A DNA stretch of 64,000 nt, taken from positions 26,413 through 90,412 of the forward strand of contig JADBKQ010000009.1 of NCBI GenBank assembly GCA_014896305.1, written 5' to 3'. The notes under the pieces were generated by a model. The model did no database searches. It saw only the letters and a list, made by a program, of their open reading frames with translations, and had not been told where the DNA came from. The stretch comes from Limnochordaceae bacterium. Lineage in GTDB: Bacteria > Bacillota > Limnochordia > Limnochordales > DUMU01. A program made the position numbers and the translations under genes. This document shows, one piece after another, positions 9,708-19,322 of the stretch; the first letter of the stretch is position 1; each line of letters opens with the position of its first letter.

Positions 9708-10589
9708 TCACCGGTCACCGGTCTCAGGCGAGCAACCCCCGGTCGCCCAGGCATAGGCTCGCTCAATCTCCCCCGCGTACTCTTCTTCCTTGGCGACTGG
9801 CGTTTCGATCAGGAGCGGATAGGGGTATAGGCGGGAGTCCGCCAAAAGCCGGGCGAAACGCTCGGCACCGATCTGCCCCTGGCCCAGTAACTCGTGCCGG
9901 TCTTTCCGGCTGCCCGGCCCGAACTTGCTGTCATTCAGATGTACGACTCGCACCCGCTCCCCCATGTCGTAGCGGTCCCAGTCAGTCCAAAATCGCCCCA
10001 GGTGGTCGAAGTCCAGCACCCCCGCGGCAAAGGCATGGCACGTATCGAAACAGAGCCCCAAACGCGGGTCTGACCCAATCTCATCCATCAACTCGGCCAG
10101 CTCCGCCAGACTTTGCCCAAGCTCCGTGCCTTGCCCCGCCGTATTCTCCAACAGCAGCTGGCAACGGCCGTTCCAGCGTTGCAGGATCTCTCGTACCTGC
10201 TGGACCATGGCCTGACGGCCAGCCTCGGGCCCCGCCCCCACCGCACGTCCACAGTGCACCACCAGATACTCCGTGCCGTAAGCCTCACAGATCTCCAGAT
10301 CATTGAGAATGGAATCCCGGGTGAGCTCCGCCAACGCCGGCTCTTGCGTTGACAGGTTCGTTACGTACGGTGAATGGGCTACCGTCAAGACTCCCAGCTC
10401 ACGCACTTGATCTCGCTGGCGTTCACAGGCGGCCCGGTCGATCTCCTTCGGACGGTAGCTGCGGGGATTCTTGGGAAAGTACTGAAAGACCCGAGATTGC
10501 ATGGCCAGGGCGCGCTGAGCGGCTCCCACCAACCCTCCCCGGCTCGTGCTCAAGTGTGCGCCCACCAGAAGCTCCTCCCTGCTGGGCAT
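9708..10589 (-). CDS. nfo: Deoxyribonuclease IV (endonuclease IV)
   Basis: AHSPYVTNL, VVHCG, LLENTAGQGTELG, CFDTCHAFAAG, VHLNDSK and DRHE motifs. ATG at 10589 is preceded by GGAGG with a 7-nt spacer. Confidence 0.9.
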   Translation of the reverse strand: MPSREELLVGAHLSTSRGGLVGAAQRALAMQSRVFQYFPKNPRSYRPKEIDRAACERQRDQVRELGVLTVAHSPYVTNLSTQEPALAELTRDSILNDLEICEAYGTEYLVVHCGRAVGAGPEAGRQAMVQQVREILQRWNGRCQLLLENTAGQGTELGQSLAELAELMDEIGSDPRLGLCFDTCHAFAAGVLDFDHLGRFWTDWDRYDMGERVRVVHLNDSKFGPGSRKDRHELLGQGQIGAERFARLLADSRLYPYPLLIETPVAKEEEYAGEIERAYAWATGGCSPETGDR

Positions 10590-10673
10590 GGTATATCCTC
10601 CGTTCTTTAGCGAGACGAGGCTCGCAGCAGCGACGGCCGTTTCAGCCTTCAACCCTGGCGTCCAGTCTCGCCG

Positions 10674-10702
10674 AGTCCTAGTTGAGTCCTAATTGGGTCC
10701 TA
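10674..10702. repeat. Three tandem heptamers with 11-bp phasing in the nfo/ndh divergent intergenic region
   Basis: Sequence reads AGTCCTA gttg AGTCCTA attg GGTCCTA, with units starting at 10674, 10685 and 10696. Confidence 0.7.
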
Positions 10703-10895
10703 TCCGCAAGGCGAATCACTGGGGCTCACCTTTCGCCCGGCCTCCGTACAGCCCTCTACTATCTTACTGCCAAACGCCCCTGGCCGGTGGGGCGGACGTG
10801 CTGGGGTCCACGCTGTGGTAGTTACCACTTTACTTACTATCTAAACCCTGCTACTCTTACATAGACAGGTTCTTTTCCATAAAGGAGTACTTCCG

Positions 10896-12194
10896 ATGAT
10901 GGGTAACGTGAACGAACCCATGAGCGCAAGCTCTCCCGCCCGGCGCCGGCTGGTACAAGTGGTCATCGGCGCTGGTTATGCGGGGCTGAGTGCCGCTTTG
11001 GCGGCTCGCCGGGCAGCCAGAACCGGCAGCCACAAGCGGAATAGTGAGTTGATCCTCGTTAACCCCACTGACAAGCAGACGCTGGTGACCCAGCTGTATC
11101 GGGTAGCCGCCGGCACGTTGCCTGCCGCCGCCGCTCAGATCGACCTCGGGCCGATCTTGGCGGCGTATGGCATTCGTTTGCTGACGGCGACGGTTCACGA
11201 GGTGGACCTGGAGCATCGCCAGATTTACTTCACCGACGACCAGCCGCCGCTCACCTACGACCAGCTCGTCCTGGCCGCGGGCAGCGAACCGGAGACGTTT
11301 GGAATCCCCGGAGTGATGGAGTACGCAATCCCATTGTATGGGTTGGCGGAAGCGGAGAAGGTGGCCGCCCTCGTCTCGCAGCTCCGGCAAGATCCCACCG
11401 GCCCGGGACTGGCCATCGTCGGAGGCGGCCTGGCCGGGGTCGAGCTCGCCGCCGAGCTGGCCGAAGTGTTACCCGCCGTACCGGAATCCTCTACCGGGGC
11501 GCGTCTGCGGCCGGTCACTCTGGTCGAGGCTACCCCCCAGCTTCTGCCCGGCCTGCCCGGCAAGGTGTCCCGGCTCGCACTGACACACCTGCAAGAGCGC
11601 GGCATCAGGGTGCGCCTGGGGAGTCCTGTTGCCCAGGTGACCGGGGCTGGCCTAATTCTGCGGGACGGCTCGTCTGTGCCCGCCCGGGCCACCGTCTGGG
11701 CGGCCGGGGTGCGGGGGCACAGCCGCTGGGTTCCCGCGGCAACTCGCGATCGGCGCGGCCGTCTGCTGGTGAACTCCTTCCTGCAGCTCCAAGACCGTCC
11801 GGAAGTATTCGCGTGTGGAGATATCGCGCTGGCCACCGCCCAGGGGCGGAGCCAGCCAGATGCGCCTACCGCTCAGAACGCCATTTTGCAGGGGGCAGCG
11901 GTCGGTGCCAACTTGGAGCGTCTTGCCTCCGGTCGGCCTCTCGTCCCCTATCGCGCCCGCAACCTGGGCTTGTTGCTCGCCCTGGGCAGGCACCAGGCAG
12001 CAGCGGTGTTTGGCTCGACGGTGTTGGCCGGACGGCACTGGCAGTGGATCAAAGAGGCTGTGGAAGCTCATTATGTCTGGTCGGTGGCCGGCTTGGGCGC
12101 CCTGTTGCTACAACGGTTGGCCGCTGGCGGGCCGCGACCCAACCCGACCTCTCCCACCGTCGTCTCCGATCACAGAGTCGCACTCAAAGCATGA
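10896..12194 (+). CDS. ndh: Type II NADH dehydrogenase (NDH-2) / FAD-dependent pyridine-nucleotide oxidoreductase
   Basis: Two Rossmann motifs (VVIGAGYAGLSAA and IVGGGLAGVELAAELA) plus a late GDIA motif. SD is AAAGGAG upstream of ATGATG. Confidence 0.85.
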   Translation: MMGNVNEPMSASSPARRRLVQVVIGAGYAGLSAALAARRAARTGSHKRNSELILVNPTDKQTLVTQLYRVAAGTLPAAAAQIDLGPILAAYGIRLLTATVHEVDLEHRQIYFTDDQPPLTYDQLVLAAGSEPETFGIPGVMEYAIPLYGLAEAEKVAALVSQLRQDPTGPGLAIVGGGLAGVELAAELAEVLPAVPESSTGARLRPVTLVEATPQLLPGLPGKVSRLALTHLQERGIRVRLGSPVAQVTGAGLILRDGSSVPARATVWAAGVRGHSRWVPAATRDRRGRLLVNSFLQLQDRPEVFACGDIALATAQGRSQPDAPTAQNAILQGAAVGANLERLASGRPLVPYRARNLGLLLALGRHQAAAVFGSTVLAGRHWQWIKEAVEAHYVWSVAGLGALLLQRLAAGGPRPNPTSPTVVSDHRVALKA

Positions 12195-12254
12195 GGAGCG
12201 ACCGGCCGGCAGGGAGAGGGCAGAATGATGGATCAAGAACGAGTGCGTGGAGTG

Positions 12255-12291
12255 ACCCGGCTTGCTGGCAGAGGCCGCCAGCGAGCCGGGT
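12255..12291. terminator. Long hairpin between convergent ndh and rnj (possible bidirectional terminator)
   Basis: ACCCGGCTtGCTGGC-agaggcc-GCCAGCgAGCCGGGT gives 14 bp with one mismatch. Only a weak T-run (TTT) follows on the plus strand. Confidence 0.4.
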
Positions 12292-12366
12292 GCGAATTTG
12301 CCTCCAGCGTGTCTGATAGGGGCCAACCTGTACCACTGATATGGGCCAACCCGTACCTCTGAACCT

Positions 12367-14040
12367 CTAGACCTCCATGATGACCGGCATGATCATCGGT
12401 CGCCGTTTGGTCCTCTCCCAAATGAAGGCGGAGAGCCCGTCTTTGACGTCGTTCTTGACTGGGCCCCAATCGGTCATGGGATCCTCTTCCCACTGATGGA
12501 GAATCTCCAGGGCCTTCTGCCGGGTGGCTTCCATAAGCTCCTCAGACTCTTTCACATAGACGAACCCGCGCGAGATTACATCCGGTCCGGCCACCACCTG
12601 GCGGGTCTGCTTGTCCATGGTCACGACCACGATCAGTACACCGTCCTCCGACAATTGCTTGCGATCGTGCAGGACCACTGTGCCGACATCCCCCACCCCA
12701 AGCCCGTCCACCAGCACCTGGCCGGCGGGCACTTGCTCACCCCGGGTGAAGGTATCCTCGCCCACCAGAATGCGATCGCCCAGGTCCGGGATGATGATGT
12801 GGTCTTCCGGGATTCCGACCATCTTTGCCAGCTCGGAGTGCTGTACCAGCATGCGGTACTCGCCGTGGATGGGAACGAAATACCTGGGACGGACCAGGTT
12901 GAGCATCAGTTTCAGCTCTTCCTGGCTGGCATGGCCGGAAACATGGACACCCGAGACGGCGTGGTAGATCACCTTCGCCCCCAGACGGAACAGATGGTTG
13001 ATCGTGTTGCCGATCGATCGCTCGTTCCCCGGGATCGGAGTAGCCGAAATGATCACCGTGTCTCCGGGAATGATGCCAACCCGGCGGTGGTCGGCCATCG
13101 CCATCCGGGTCAAGCCGGCGGTCGGTTCACCCTGAGAACCCGTGGTGACGATCACCGTCTGCGCAGCGGCCAACCGCTCGATGTCATCCAGCTCCATCAG
13201 TACACCCTCAGGCACACGCAAGTACCCCATCTCGCGGGCGAGCCGGACCACATTGACCATGCTCCGCCCCGTGAACGCCACTCGTCGCCCATATCGTTGC
13301 GCCGCATCGATCACTTGCTGGATGCGATGAACGTTGGAGGCGAAGGTGGCCACGATCAGGCGTCCAGGGGCATCCCGGAAGACGTCATCCAGGGTCTGTC
13401 CCACCACTCGCTCCGAAAGGGTGTACCCCGCGCGTTCAGCGTTAGTACTGTCGGACATCAAAAGCAGCACGCCCTCCTCGCCCAGGCGGGCCAGGCTGGC
13501 ATAGTCGGTGGGAATCCCGTCGATCGGCGTCTGATCGAACTTGAAGTCAGTGGCGTAAACCACCGTCCCTTCCGGAGTGTGGACCGCCATCGCCACCACA
13601 TCGGGAATACTGTGGTTCACATGGATGAACTCCACCTCAAACTGCCCCAGCTGCACCCGGTCGCGCGCTTTGATCACCCGCAGATCCGCCTGGCCATCCA
13701 AATGGCGCTCCACCAGCTTGTTGGTGATCAGTCCAAGGGTAAGGCGGGTACCATAAACGGGAACGTGGGGGAAGCGTTCAAGAAAGTAAGGGATGGCGCC
13801 GATATGATCCTCATGCCCGTGAGAGACCAGCAGCGCCCGGATGCGATCCTGCCGATCCTGCAAGTAGCTCATGTCCGGGATCACGAGATCGATCCCCAGC
13901 ATCCCTTCCGTGGGAAATTCGACGCCGGCATCGATCACGATGATGTCGGAACCATACTCGAGAACCCACATGTTTTTGCCGATCTCCCCCACCCCACCCA
14001 GGGGGATCAGCGATAGGGCCTGTCCTTTTTGTCTACCCAA
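12367..14040 (-). CDS. rnj: Ribonuclease J
   Basis: IPLGGVGEIGKNM N-terminus, metallo-beta-lactamase HGHEDHIG motif, and beta-CASP plus C-terminal domain length. TTG start has a GAGGTGG SD. Its position after dapA matches B. subtilis rnjB. Confidence 0.95.
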   Translation of the reverse strand: MGRQKGQALSLIPLGGVGEIGKNMWVLEYGSDIIVIDAGVEFPTEGMLGIDLVIPDMSYLQDRQDRIRALLVSHGHEDHIGAIPYFLERFPHVPVYGTRLTLGLITNKLVERHLDGQADLRVIKARDRVQLGQFEVEFIHVNHSIPDVVAMAVHTPEGTVVYATDFKFDQTPIDGIPTDYASLARLGEEGVLLLMSDSTNAERAGYTLSERVVGQTLDDVFRDAPGRLIVATFASNVHRIQQVIDAAQRYGRRVAFTGRSMVNVVRLAREMGYLRVPEGVLMELDDIERLAAAQTVIVTTGSQGEPTAGLTRMAMADHRRVGIIPGDTVIISATPIPGNERSIGNTINHLFRLGAKVIYHAVSGVHVSGHASQEELKLMLNLVRPRYFVPIHGEYRMLVQHSELAKMVGIPEDHIIIPDLGDRILVGEDTFTRGEQVPAGQVLVDGLGVGDVGTVVLHDRKQLSEDGVLIVVVTMDKQTRQVVAGPDVISRGFVYVKESEELMEATRQKALEILHQWEEDPMTDWGPVKNDVKDGLSAFIWERTKRRPMIMPVIMEV

Positions 14041-14165
14041 GCAAGGACCACCTCGTTTCTACTGAAATTCCGGCTCGCGACCGTACGTATCCACGAGCCG
14101 CCGCGGCTACGGATGGGCAAAACGGCGGCCGGCGCGGCCACCGTTCGTCTTGGGCGTAAGCCGTT

Positions 14166-15050
14166 TCAAATCAACCCCAGCTGTTTGAGTGTCTGGCGCA
14201 TCATGTCGACCTCGGCCGGTGTGGGGTTTCCCAGCGGTGGCCGCACACTCCCTACGTCCTGACCGACCAGGCGCAACATCTGCTTAACCGGAATGGGGTT
14301 GCTGGTAACGAACAAAGCCCGGAACAGCGGGAATAGCTCCAAATGAATCCGCGCGGCAGCCTCCACTTTCCCGGCCAGGAACTGATCGATCATCTCCCGC
14401 AGCCGGCGTCCGACCAGGTGAGCGGCTACGCTCACCACTCCGACCGCACCCAATGAGAGCATGGGCAGAGTCAGAGAGTCATCCCCCGAGTAAATGGCAA
14501 AGTCGGGCGGTACTAGACGGCGCAGCTGTGACACCTGGTCCATCTGGCCAAAGGCTTCCTTCAAAGCGACGATATTGGGTACCTGCGCCAGGCGAGCCAC
14601 GGTCTCCGGGGCCAGGTTCGTCCCCGTCCGCCCTGGCACGTTGTACAACATGATCGGCACATGCACCGACTCGGCCACGGCACGGAAATGCTCATAAAGT
14701 GCATCTTGCGGCGGTTTGTTGTAATAAGGAACGACCAGAAGCAGGCCGTCCACACCGGCCGCCTCCGCCGCTTTACTGAGCTCGATGCTGTCCCGCGTCG
14801 AATTGGTCCCGGTGCCGGCCAGCACTACCGCCCGGCCGCCGACCGCCTCCACCACAGCACCGAACAGGCGGATCTTCTCCTCCCTGGTGAGCGTGGGCGA
14901 TTCACCCGTACTGCCACTGACCACCACCCCGTCCGATCCGGTCTCCACCAGGTGAACGGCCAGATCGGCAGCTCTTGCATAGTCCACGTTCAGATCTTTA
15001 TCGAATGGCGTCACCATTGCGGTGAGAATCCGGCCAAATTGCGGTTGCAT
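14166..15050 (-). CDS. dapA: 4-hydroxy-tetrahydrodipicolinate synthase
   Basis: [24 protein letters not shown] and YNVPGRTG motifs. ATG at 15050 has a GAGGGAGGG SD. The longer ORF in the track adds 44 implausible residues. Confidence 0.95.
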   Translation of the reverse strand: MQPQFGRILTAMVTPFDKDLNVDYARAADLAVHLVETGSDGVVVSGSTGESPTLTREEKIRLFGAVVEAVGGRAVVLAGTGTNSTRDSIELSKAAEAAGVDGLLLVVPYYNKPPQDALYEHFRAVAESVHVPIMLYNVPGRTGTNLAPETVARLAQVPNIVALKEAFGQMDQVSQLRRLVPPDFAIYSGDDSLTLPMLSLGAVGVVSVAAHLVGRRLREMIDQFLAGKVEAAARIHLELFPLFRALFVTSNPIPVKQMLRLVGQDVGSVRPPLGNPTPAEVDMMRQTLKQLGLI

Positions 15051-15054
15051 CCAA

Positions 15055-16539
15055 TTACCCTCCCTCGGCTGGCGATTCGCCTGCCGGTCCTTGCTCCACC
15101 TGTCGGGCCGGCCCCCCCGCCGGCACTGTTGCCGAGCCTCGTTCCAGCAGCGCCCGCGGGTTAGGCAGCTCCCGCAGCCCAAACAGTTTTTCCTCTTCTT
15201 TTTTCAGCCCCTTCAACACCCCGTTGGCTGGCGGCGTCACCACCGGCGCACCGGGCGGTGCGTCCTCCGTATCCAGCAGAAACTCCCGGTGCAGGGCCTC
15301 CAGCGCGGCCGGGACCTCGGTGGCCGCCACCAGCAGCGAGATATTCGCGTGCGAGTCCGAGCTATGGTGGACTTGCACTCCCACCCCGGCCAACGCCCGC
15401 AACACCCGGGCCATGACCCCCGGCACCCCCTGCATGCCGCCTCCTACCACTGAGACCTTCACATATCCCGGCTCCAATTTGGGCTTGAGGCCCAGGCCCA
15501 GCAAAACCGAGCGGGCCAGACCGGTCATCTCTTCATTCAGGGCAAAGGCGAGCCGCCCTGGTTCGACCTGGATCATGTCCAGGCTGATCCCAGCGAGTGA
15601 CAGATGCTCGAAGATCTCCAGCACGCGGGGGGAGGTGGTCTCCCCTGTGTCCTCCACGACGATGCGGGCCATACCTCCTATTTGCGTTACCGCCCGCACC
15701 ACTCGGTCGGCCCGCAATGAGACGGACGCCTCAGGATCGGTGACAATCAGTTCGGACTGGTGGGTGATCATGGTGCCGGGTCCATGAGAGCCCGTCTGCA
15801 GAACCCGCAGCGGAATTCCGCCCTCCATGGCGATCTCCACGGCTCGGGGATGAATGACTTTGGCCCCAAGTTGGGCCATCTCCATCACTTCCCGATAGGA
15901 GATCATCCGTAGCGTGCGGGCATCCGGCACCAACCGCGGGTCGGCCGTCATCACACCGTCTACATCGGTAAAAATCTGCACTTCCCGGGCCCGCAACGCC
16001 ACACCCAGGGCAGCCGCGGTCGTATCGCTACCTCCCCGCCCCAACGTGGTGATCTCCCCGTCTCTCGTCATTCCCTGAAAGCCAGCCACCACAGGCACCT
16101 GGCCACTGTCTATGCACTTCCAGACCCGGGCGGGGCGCACTTCAAGAATCCGGGCCTGCCCAAAATGGTTATCTGTGATGATCCCTGCCTGTGCTCCTGT
16201 CAGCGAGAGGGCGGCAATCCCCGCCGAGCGCAATGTCTGGGCCAAGACCGTGGCGGAAATGATCTCCCCACAGGAAAGGAGAAGATCCATCTCCCGGGGC
16301 ACGACCTCCTTGGTGATCTCCTGCAAAAGGTGAATCAAAGTGTCGGTGGCATACGGTGCCCCACCCCGCCCCATGGCAGAAACGACCACCACCGGACGAT
16401 ACCCATCTTCCATCGCCTGCCGAATGTGGCCCACCACTTTCTGTCTCCACTCTGGCATGGCGACCGATGTTCCACCAAACTTCTGGATCAACACGGCCCG
16501 ATCCCGAGTCTGCGGTTGTGCTGCTCCACGTTCAGCCAA
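15055..16539 (-). CDS. dapG: Aspartate kinase (DapG-type by operon context) with a C-terminal tail of about 75 aa
   Basis: [24 protein letters not shown] and two ACT-like regions. It sits between asd and dapA as in the B. subtilis spoVF-asd-dapG-dapA operon. The tail is rich in Pro, Gly, Glu and Lys. Confidence 0.9.
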   Translation of the reverse strand: MAERGAAQPQTRDRAVLIQKFGGTSVAMPEWRQKVVGHIRQAMEDGYRPVVVVSAMGRGGAPYATDTLIHLLQEITKEVVPREMDLLLSCGEIISATVLAQTLRSAGIAALSLTGAQAGIITDNHFGQARILEVRPARVWKCIDSGQVPVVAGFQGMTRDGEITTLGRGGSDTTAAALGVALRAREVQIFTDVDGVMTADPRLVPDARTLRMISYREVMEMAQLGAKVIHPRAVEIAMEGGIPLRVLQTGSHGPGTMITHQSELIVTDPEASVSLRADRVVRAVTQIGGMARIVVEDTGETTSPRVLEIFEHLSLAGISLDMIQVEPGRLAFALNEEMTGLARSVLLGLGLKPKLEPGYVKVSVVGGGMQGVPGVMARVLRALAGVGVQVHHSSDSHANISLLVAATEVPAALEALHREFLLDTEDAPPGAPVVTPPANGVLKGLKKEEEKLFGLRELPNPRALLERGSATVPAGGPARQVEQGPAGESPAEGG

Positions 16540-16619
16540 CGCTACCGACCTCCCGGAACCCCCCGTCCCAGTCAGTGGCCGCCTCCGCTGGCGCTGGCCT
16601 TCTCTTTCCCCTGCTCTCG

Positions 16620-17636
16620 TTACAGCCGTTCCGCAATCTGCACCGCGTTCAGCGCTGCTCCCTTCCGAATCTGGTCTCCCACCGCCCAGAGCACCAGCCC
16701 AGCCGGTACCGTCGGGTCACGGCGCACCCGCCCGACGTAGACCGGGTCTGTCCCACTGGTCCGATATGGCATCGGATAGAGCTGCCGGTCGGGATCGTCT
16801 TGCACTACAACCCCTTCTTGTTGAGCCAGAATCTCTCTCGCCCGCGCGACGTCCAGCGGTTGCTCCAGCTCAACATTGATCGAGAGGGAGTGGCTGCGCA
16901 ATACCGGCACCCGCACCGTCGTCGCCACCACTGGCAGCCCAGGCAGATGCATGATCTTCCGGGTCTCCCGCACCATCTTCCACTCTTCTTTGGTGAACCC
17001 ATCCTCGGCAAAAACATCTACTTGCGGAATCACGTTGAAGGCAATGGGATAGTGCTGCTCCCCACTGACCACCGGCAGAATCTGCGGCTCCACCTGCTGC
17101 CCGTTAACCCACCCCCGCACCTCTTCGGTCAGTTCGGCCATAGCCCTCGCCCCCGCCCCAGAGACTGCCTGGTAGGTGGAGACGACCACCCGCCGCAGGC
17201 GGGCAGCCCGGTGCAGCGCCCAAAGCGGCAAACTGGCGATGATGGTGGAGCAGTTGGGGTTGGCGATGAGCCCACGGTGGGTAGCGATGTCCTGGGGGTT
17301 CACCTCGGGAACGACCAGCGGCACCTGAGGGTCCATCCGAAACGCAGAGCTGTTGTCCACCACGATCGCGCCGGCCGCCACCGCCAGCGGAGCAAACTCA
17401 CGGCTTACCCCTGCACCGGCACTGAACAACGCTAGTTCGATCCCGGCAAAAGATTCCCGGCGCAACTCCTCCACTTTGATCTCCTCGCCCCGAAACGGCA
17501 GGTACTTGCCTGCCGACCGGGCCGAGGCTAACAACCGTAGCGACCGGACCGGAAAGCGGCGCTGCTCCAACACCCGCAAAAACTCCTGACCTACTGCCCC
17601 GGTTGCCCCTACGATCGCTACTGACCACTCACGCAT
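16620..17636 (-). CDS. asd: Aspartate-semialdehyde dehydrogenase
   Basis: VAIVGATGAVGQEF and NPNCSTI (active-site Cys) motifs. ATG at 17636 has a GGAGGGG SD. Confidence 0.95.
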   Translation of the reverse strand: MREWSVAIVGATGAVGQEFLRVLEQRRFPVRSLRLLASARSAGKYLPFRGEEIKVEELRRESFAGIELALFSAGAGVSREFAPLAVAAGAIVVDNSSAFRMDPQVPLVVPEVNPQDIATHRGLIANPNCSTIIASLPLWALHRAARLRRVVVSTYQAVSGAGARAMAELTEEVRGWVNGQQVEPQILPVVSGEQHYPIAFNVIPQVDVFAEDGFTKEEWKMVRETRKIMHLPGLPVVATTVRVPVLRSHSLSINVELEQPLDVARAREILAQQEGVVVQDDPDRQLYPMPYRTSGTDPVYVGRVRRDPTVPAGLVLWAVGDQIRKGAALNAVQIAERL

Positions 17637-17668
17637 AGACTGCCCCTCCGCTTGCCCTGTCCCCCTGG

Positions 17669-18271
17669 TCAACGAACCGCCCGCTGTTGCCGGGCCACCA
17701 GCACCGGCTGGAGCTGCCGCCCGGACAACGCCGCTACCAACGCATCGATGGTCAACTCCCACTCGGCCACCAGTGAGTTTGGCTTCTGCTCCGGGTTGTC
17801 CTGTCCGAAGGGCACAAAGTAAATGTTCTTTGCATTTAACAATAGCCCAAGGTTCTTGGCGTTGGCACCCAAAGCGTCATTGGTTGATATTGCCAGCACC
17901 ACCGGCCCACCGTTGCGAATCACCGCCTTGGCCGCCATCAGTACCGGCGTATCGTTGACCGCCAGCGCCAATTTGGCCAGAGTATTGCCCGTGCAAGGGC
18001 TAATGATCATGGCATCAAACAGACGCTTGGGTCCGATGGGCTCCGCCTCTTCGATCCGGGTGATGGGTGGATGACCCGCCGCCTGTGCAAACGCGTCCAG
18101 CCACTGCTGCGGCGTTCCAAAGCGCGTCGCTGTCGTTTGTACAGAATTGGAGAAAACCGGCGTAACCTCCGCTCCCTCCTCCCGGACCTGCCGCACCTGC
18201 GGCAAAACCTCTTCGAGGCTGCAATGGCTTCCCGTCACTCCCCAAGCAATTCGCTTGCCAGCTAGCCGCAT
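17669..18271 (-). CDS. dpaB: Dipicolinate synthase subunit B (flavoprotein)
   Basis: KRIAWGVTGSHCSL and ISPCTGNTLAKLA, about 200 aa, directly downstream of the subunit A gene. Confidence 0.9.
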   Translation of the reverse strand: MRLAGKRIAWGVTGSHCSLEEVLPQVRQVREEGAEVTPVFSNSVQTTATRFGTPQQWLDAFAQAAGHPPITRIEEAEPIGPKRLFDAMIISPCTGNTLAKLALAVNDTPVLMAAKAVIRNGGPVVLAISTNDALGANAKNLGLLLNAKNIYFVPFGQDNPEQKPNSLVAEWELTIDALVAALSGRQLQPVLVARQQRAVR

Positions 18272-18286
18272 GGGTACACCCCCGCG

Positions 18287-19189
18287 CTAGCGACCGGCGG
18301 TGGACAGCAGCTCAGCCAGGAGTCCCGGCACGGTTTCCGCCAGGATGCGCCCGGCGGTCTTCGGAGCTACTTTGCCCGGCAACCCCAATGCCAGGATGGC
18401 CGGTATTCCGAGCTTCTGGGCGGCAGTGAAATCCGTACCCCCAGGAGCGGAAGCGATGTCGATCACCAGCGTGCCCGGAGTCATTCTCCCCAGCACGTCG
18501 GACGTGATCACAAAGGCAGGCACAGTGTTAAAGAGGACATGGCAGTCAGCAGCCGCCTCCGCCAGCTCTTCAAAAGGCCGGGCGATCAGCCCCATCTCCC
18601 GCGCCCGGGCCCTTTCCGCCCGGTTGCGCGCCACCACCGTGGTGATGGCATCCAGAGCCCGGAGCTTTCGAGCCAGTGTGACGCCGGTGCGCCCGAACCC
18701 CACCACCACCGCCCGGGCCTGCCACAAGGTGATGGGCAGCTCGCCCATGGCCAGATAGATGGCTCCCTCCGCCGTCGGGATCGAGTTGAGGATGGCGATC
18801 TCATCCAGCTCAGCCAGTTCGATGAGCCTCAGGGCTGCTCGCACCACCCAATCCCGGAGCGGCGGCCGGGCCGTACCGATCAGGAACGGCGTGCCGGCCG
18901 GCAACTGCCGCAGGCAGGACTCGCTCAGCCGCAGGCGAGTGCGACCGTCGGGCACCGCCCGGATGAACCCGCCCTCATCGACCCCTGTCATGGGAGCAAT
19001 CACGGCTGCCGCCCCAGACAAAGCCGCCTCCACCGATTCCACACGTGCGACCTGCCCCTGCTGCCACTCCGGGCGATCCGGATAGCCAGCCATTTGGAGC
19101 CTGGCTCCTTCGGCCACTAAAGCCCGTGCCAGCTCCGCCTCCCTTGCGTCTCCTCCGAGAAGAGCAATGGGGACGCCTGCCAACCGCAC
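18287..19189 (-). CDS. dpaA: Dipicolinate synthase subunit A
   Basis: N-terminus (V)RLAGVPIALLGGDAREAE parallels B. subtilis SpoVFA (IAVIGGDARQ). NAD-binding VVGFGRTG. GTG at 19189 follows GGGGGGA (longest ORF reaches 19216). Confidence 0.85.
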   Translation of the reverse strand: MRLAGVPIALLGGDAREAELARALVAEGARLQMAGYPDRPEWQQGQVARVESVEAALSGAAAVIAPMTGVDEGGFIRAVPDGRTRLRLSESCLRQLPAGTPFLIGTARPPLRDWVVRAALRLIELAELDEIAILNSIPTAEGAIYLAMGELPITLWQARAVVVGFGRTGVTLARKLRALDAITTVVARNRAERARAREMGLIARPFEELAEAAADCHVLFNTVPAFVITSDVLGRMTPGTLVIDIASAPGGTDFTAAQKLGIPAILALGLPGKVAPKTAGRILAETVPGLLAELLSTAGR

Positions 19190-19263
19190 ACCCGATTCCC
19201 CCCGCAAGCCCTGCAACCCGCCACCGGTCGCATGGAGTATTGGTTTGCATCTCAGAACCGCTG

Positions 19264-19293
19264 GCAGTATATGTCCGGGTGGAGGGGGAGGTG
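19264..19293 (-). promoter_or_regulatory. Weak candidate mother-cell (sigma-K/E-like) promoter upstream of dpaA
   Basis: Minus strand reads AC, 17 nt, CATATACT. The sigma-K consensus from memory is AC-N17-CATAnnnTA. Located 75-100 nt upstream of dpaA. Confidence 0.25.
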
Positions 19294-19322
19294 CGGTTTA
19301 GGAAGCCAGCCCAGGCAGCTGC

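Noticed and set aside
9539-9766. 75-aa minus-strand ORF between mutY and nfo.
   Set aside because: It overlaps the nfo 3' end by about 60 nt and the mutY 3' end by 4 nt. It has no clear SD and no motifs, so it is probably a chance ORF.
10682-10864. 60-aa plus-strand ORF in the nfo/ndh divergent spacer.
   Set aside because: It has no SD and sits in what must be the two promoters' region. Its sequence is rich in Arg, Trp and Cys.
12496-14016. 506-aa ORF on the plus strand, one of several very long ORFs (also 57613-59163, 5111-6328, 16356-17435, 19491-20519, 61372-62508, 2682-3665).
   Set aside because: Each lies exactly antisense to a well-supported conserved gene (rnj, accC, typA, asd, dapB, spoIIIAF/AG, CN-hydrolase). 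Each translates to Arg/Pro/Gly/His-rich sequence with no motifs. Stop-poor antisense frames are expected in GC-rich DNA.
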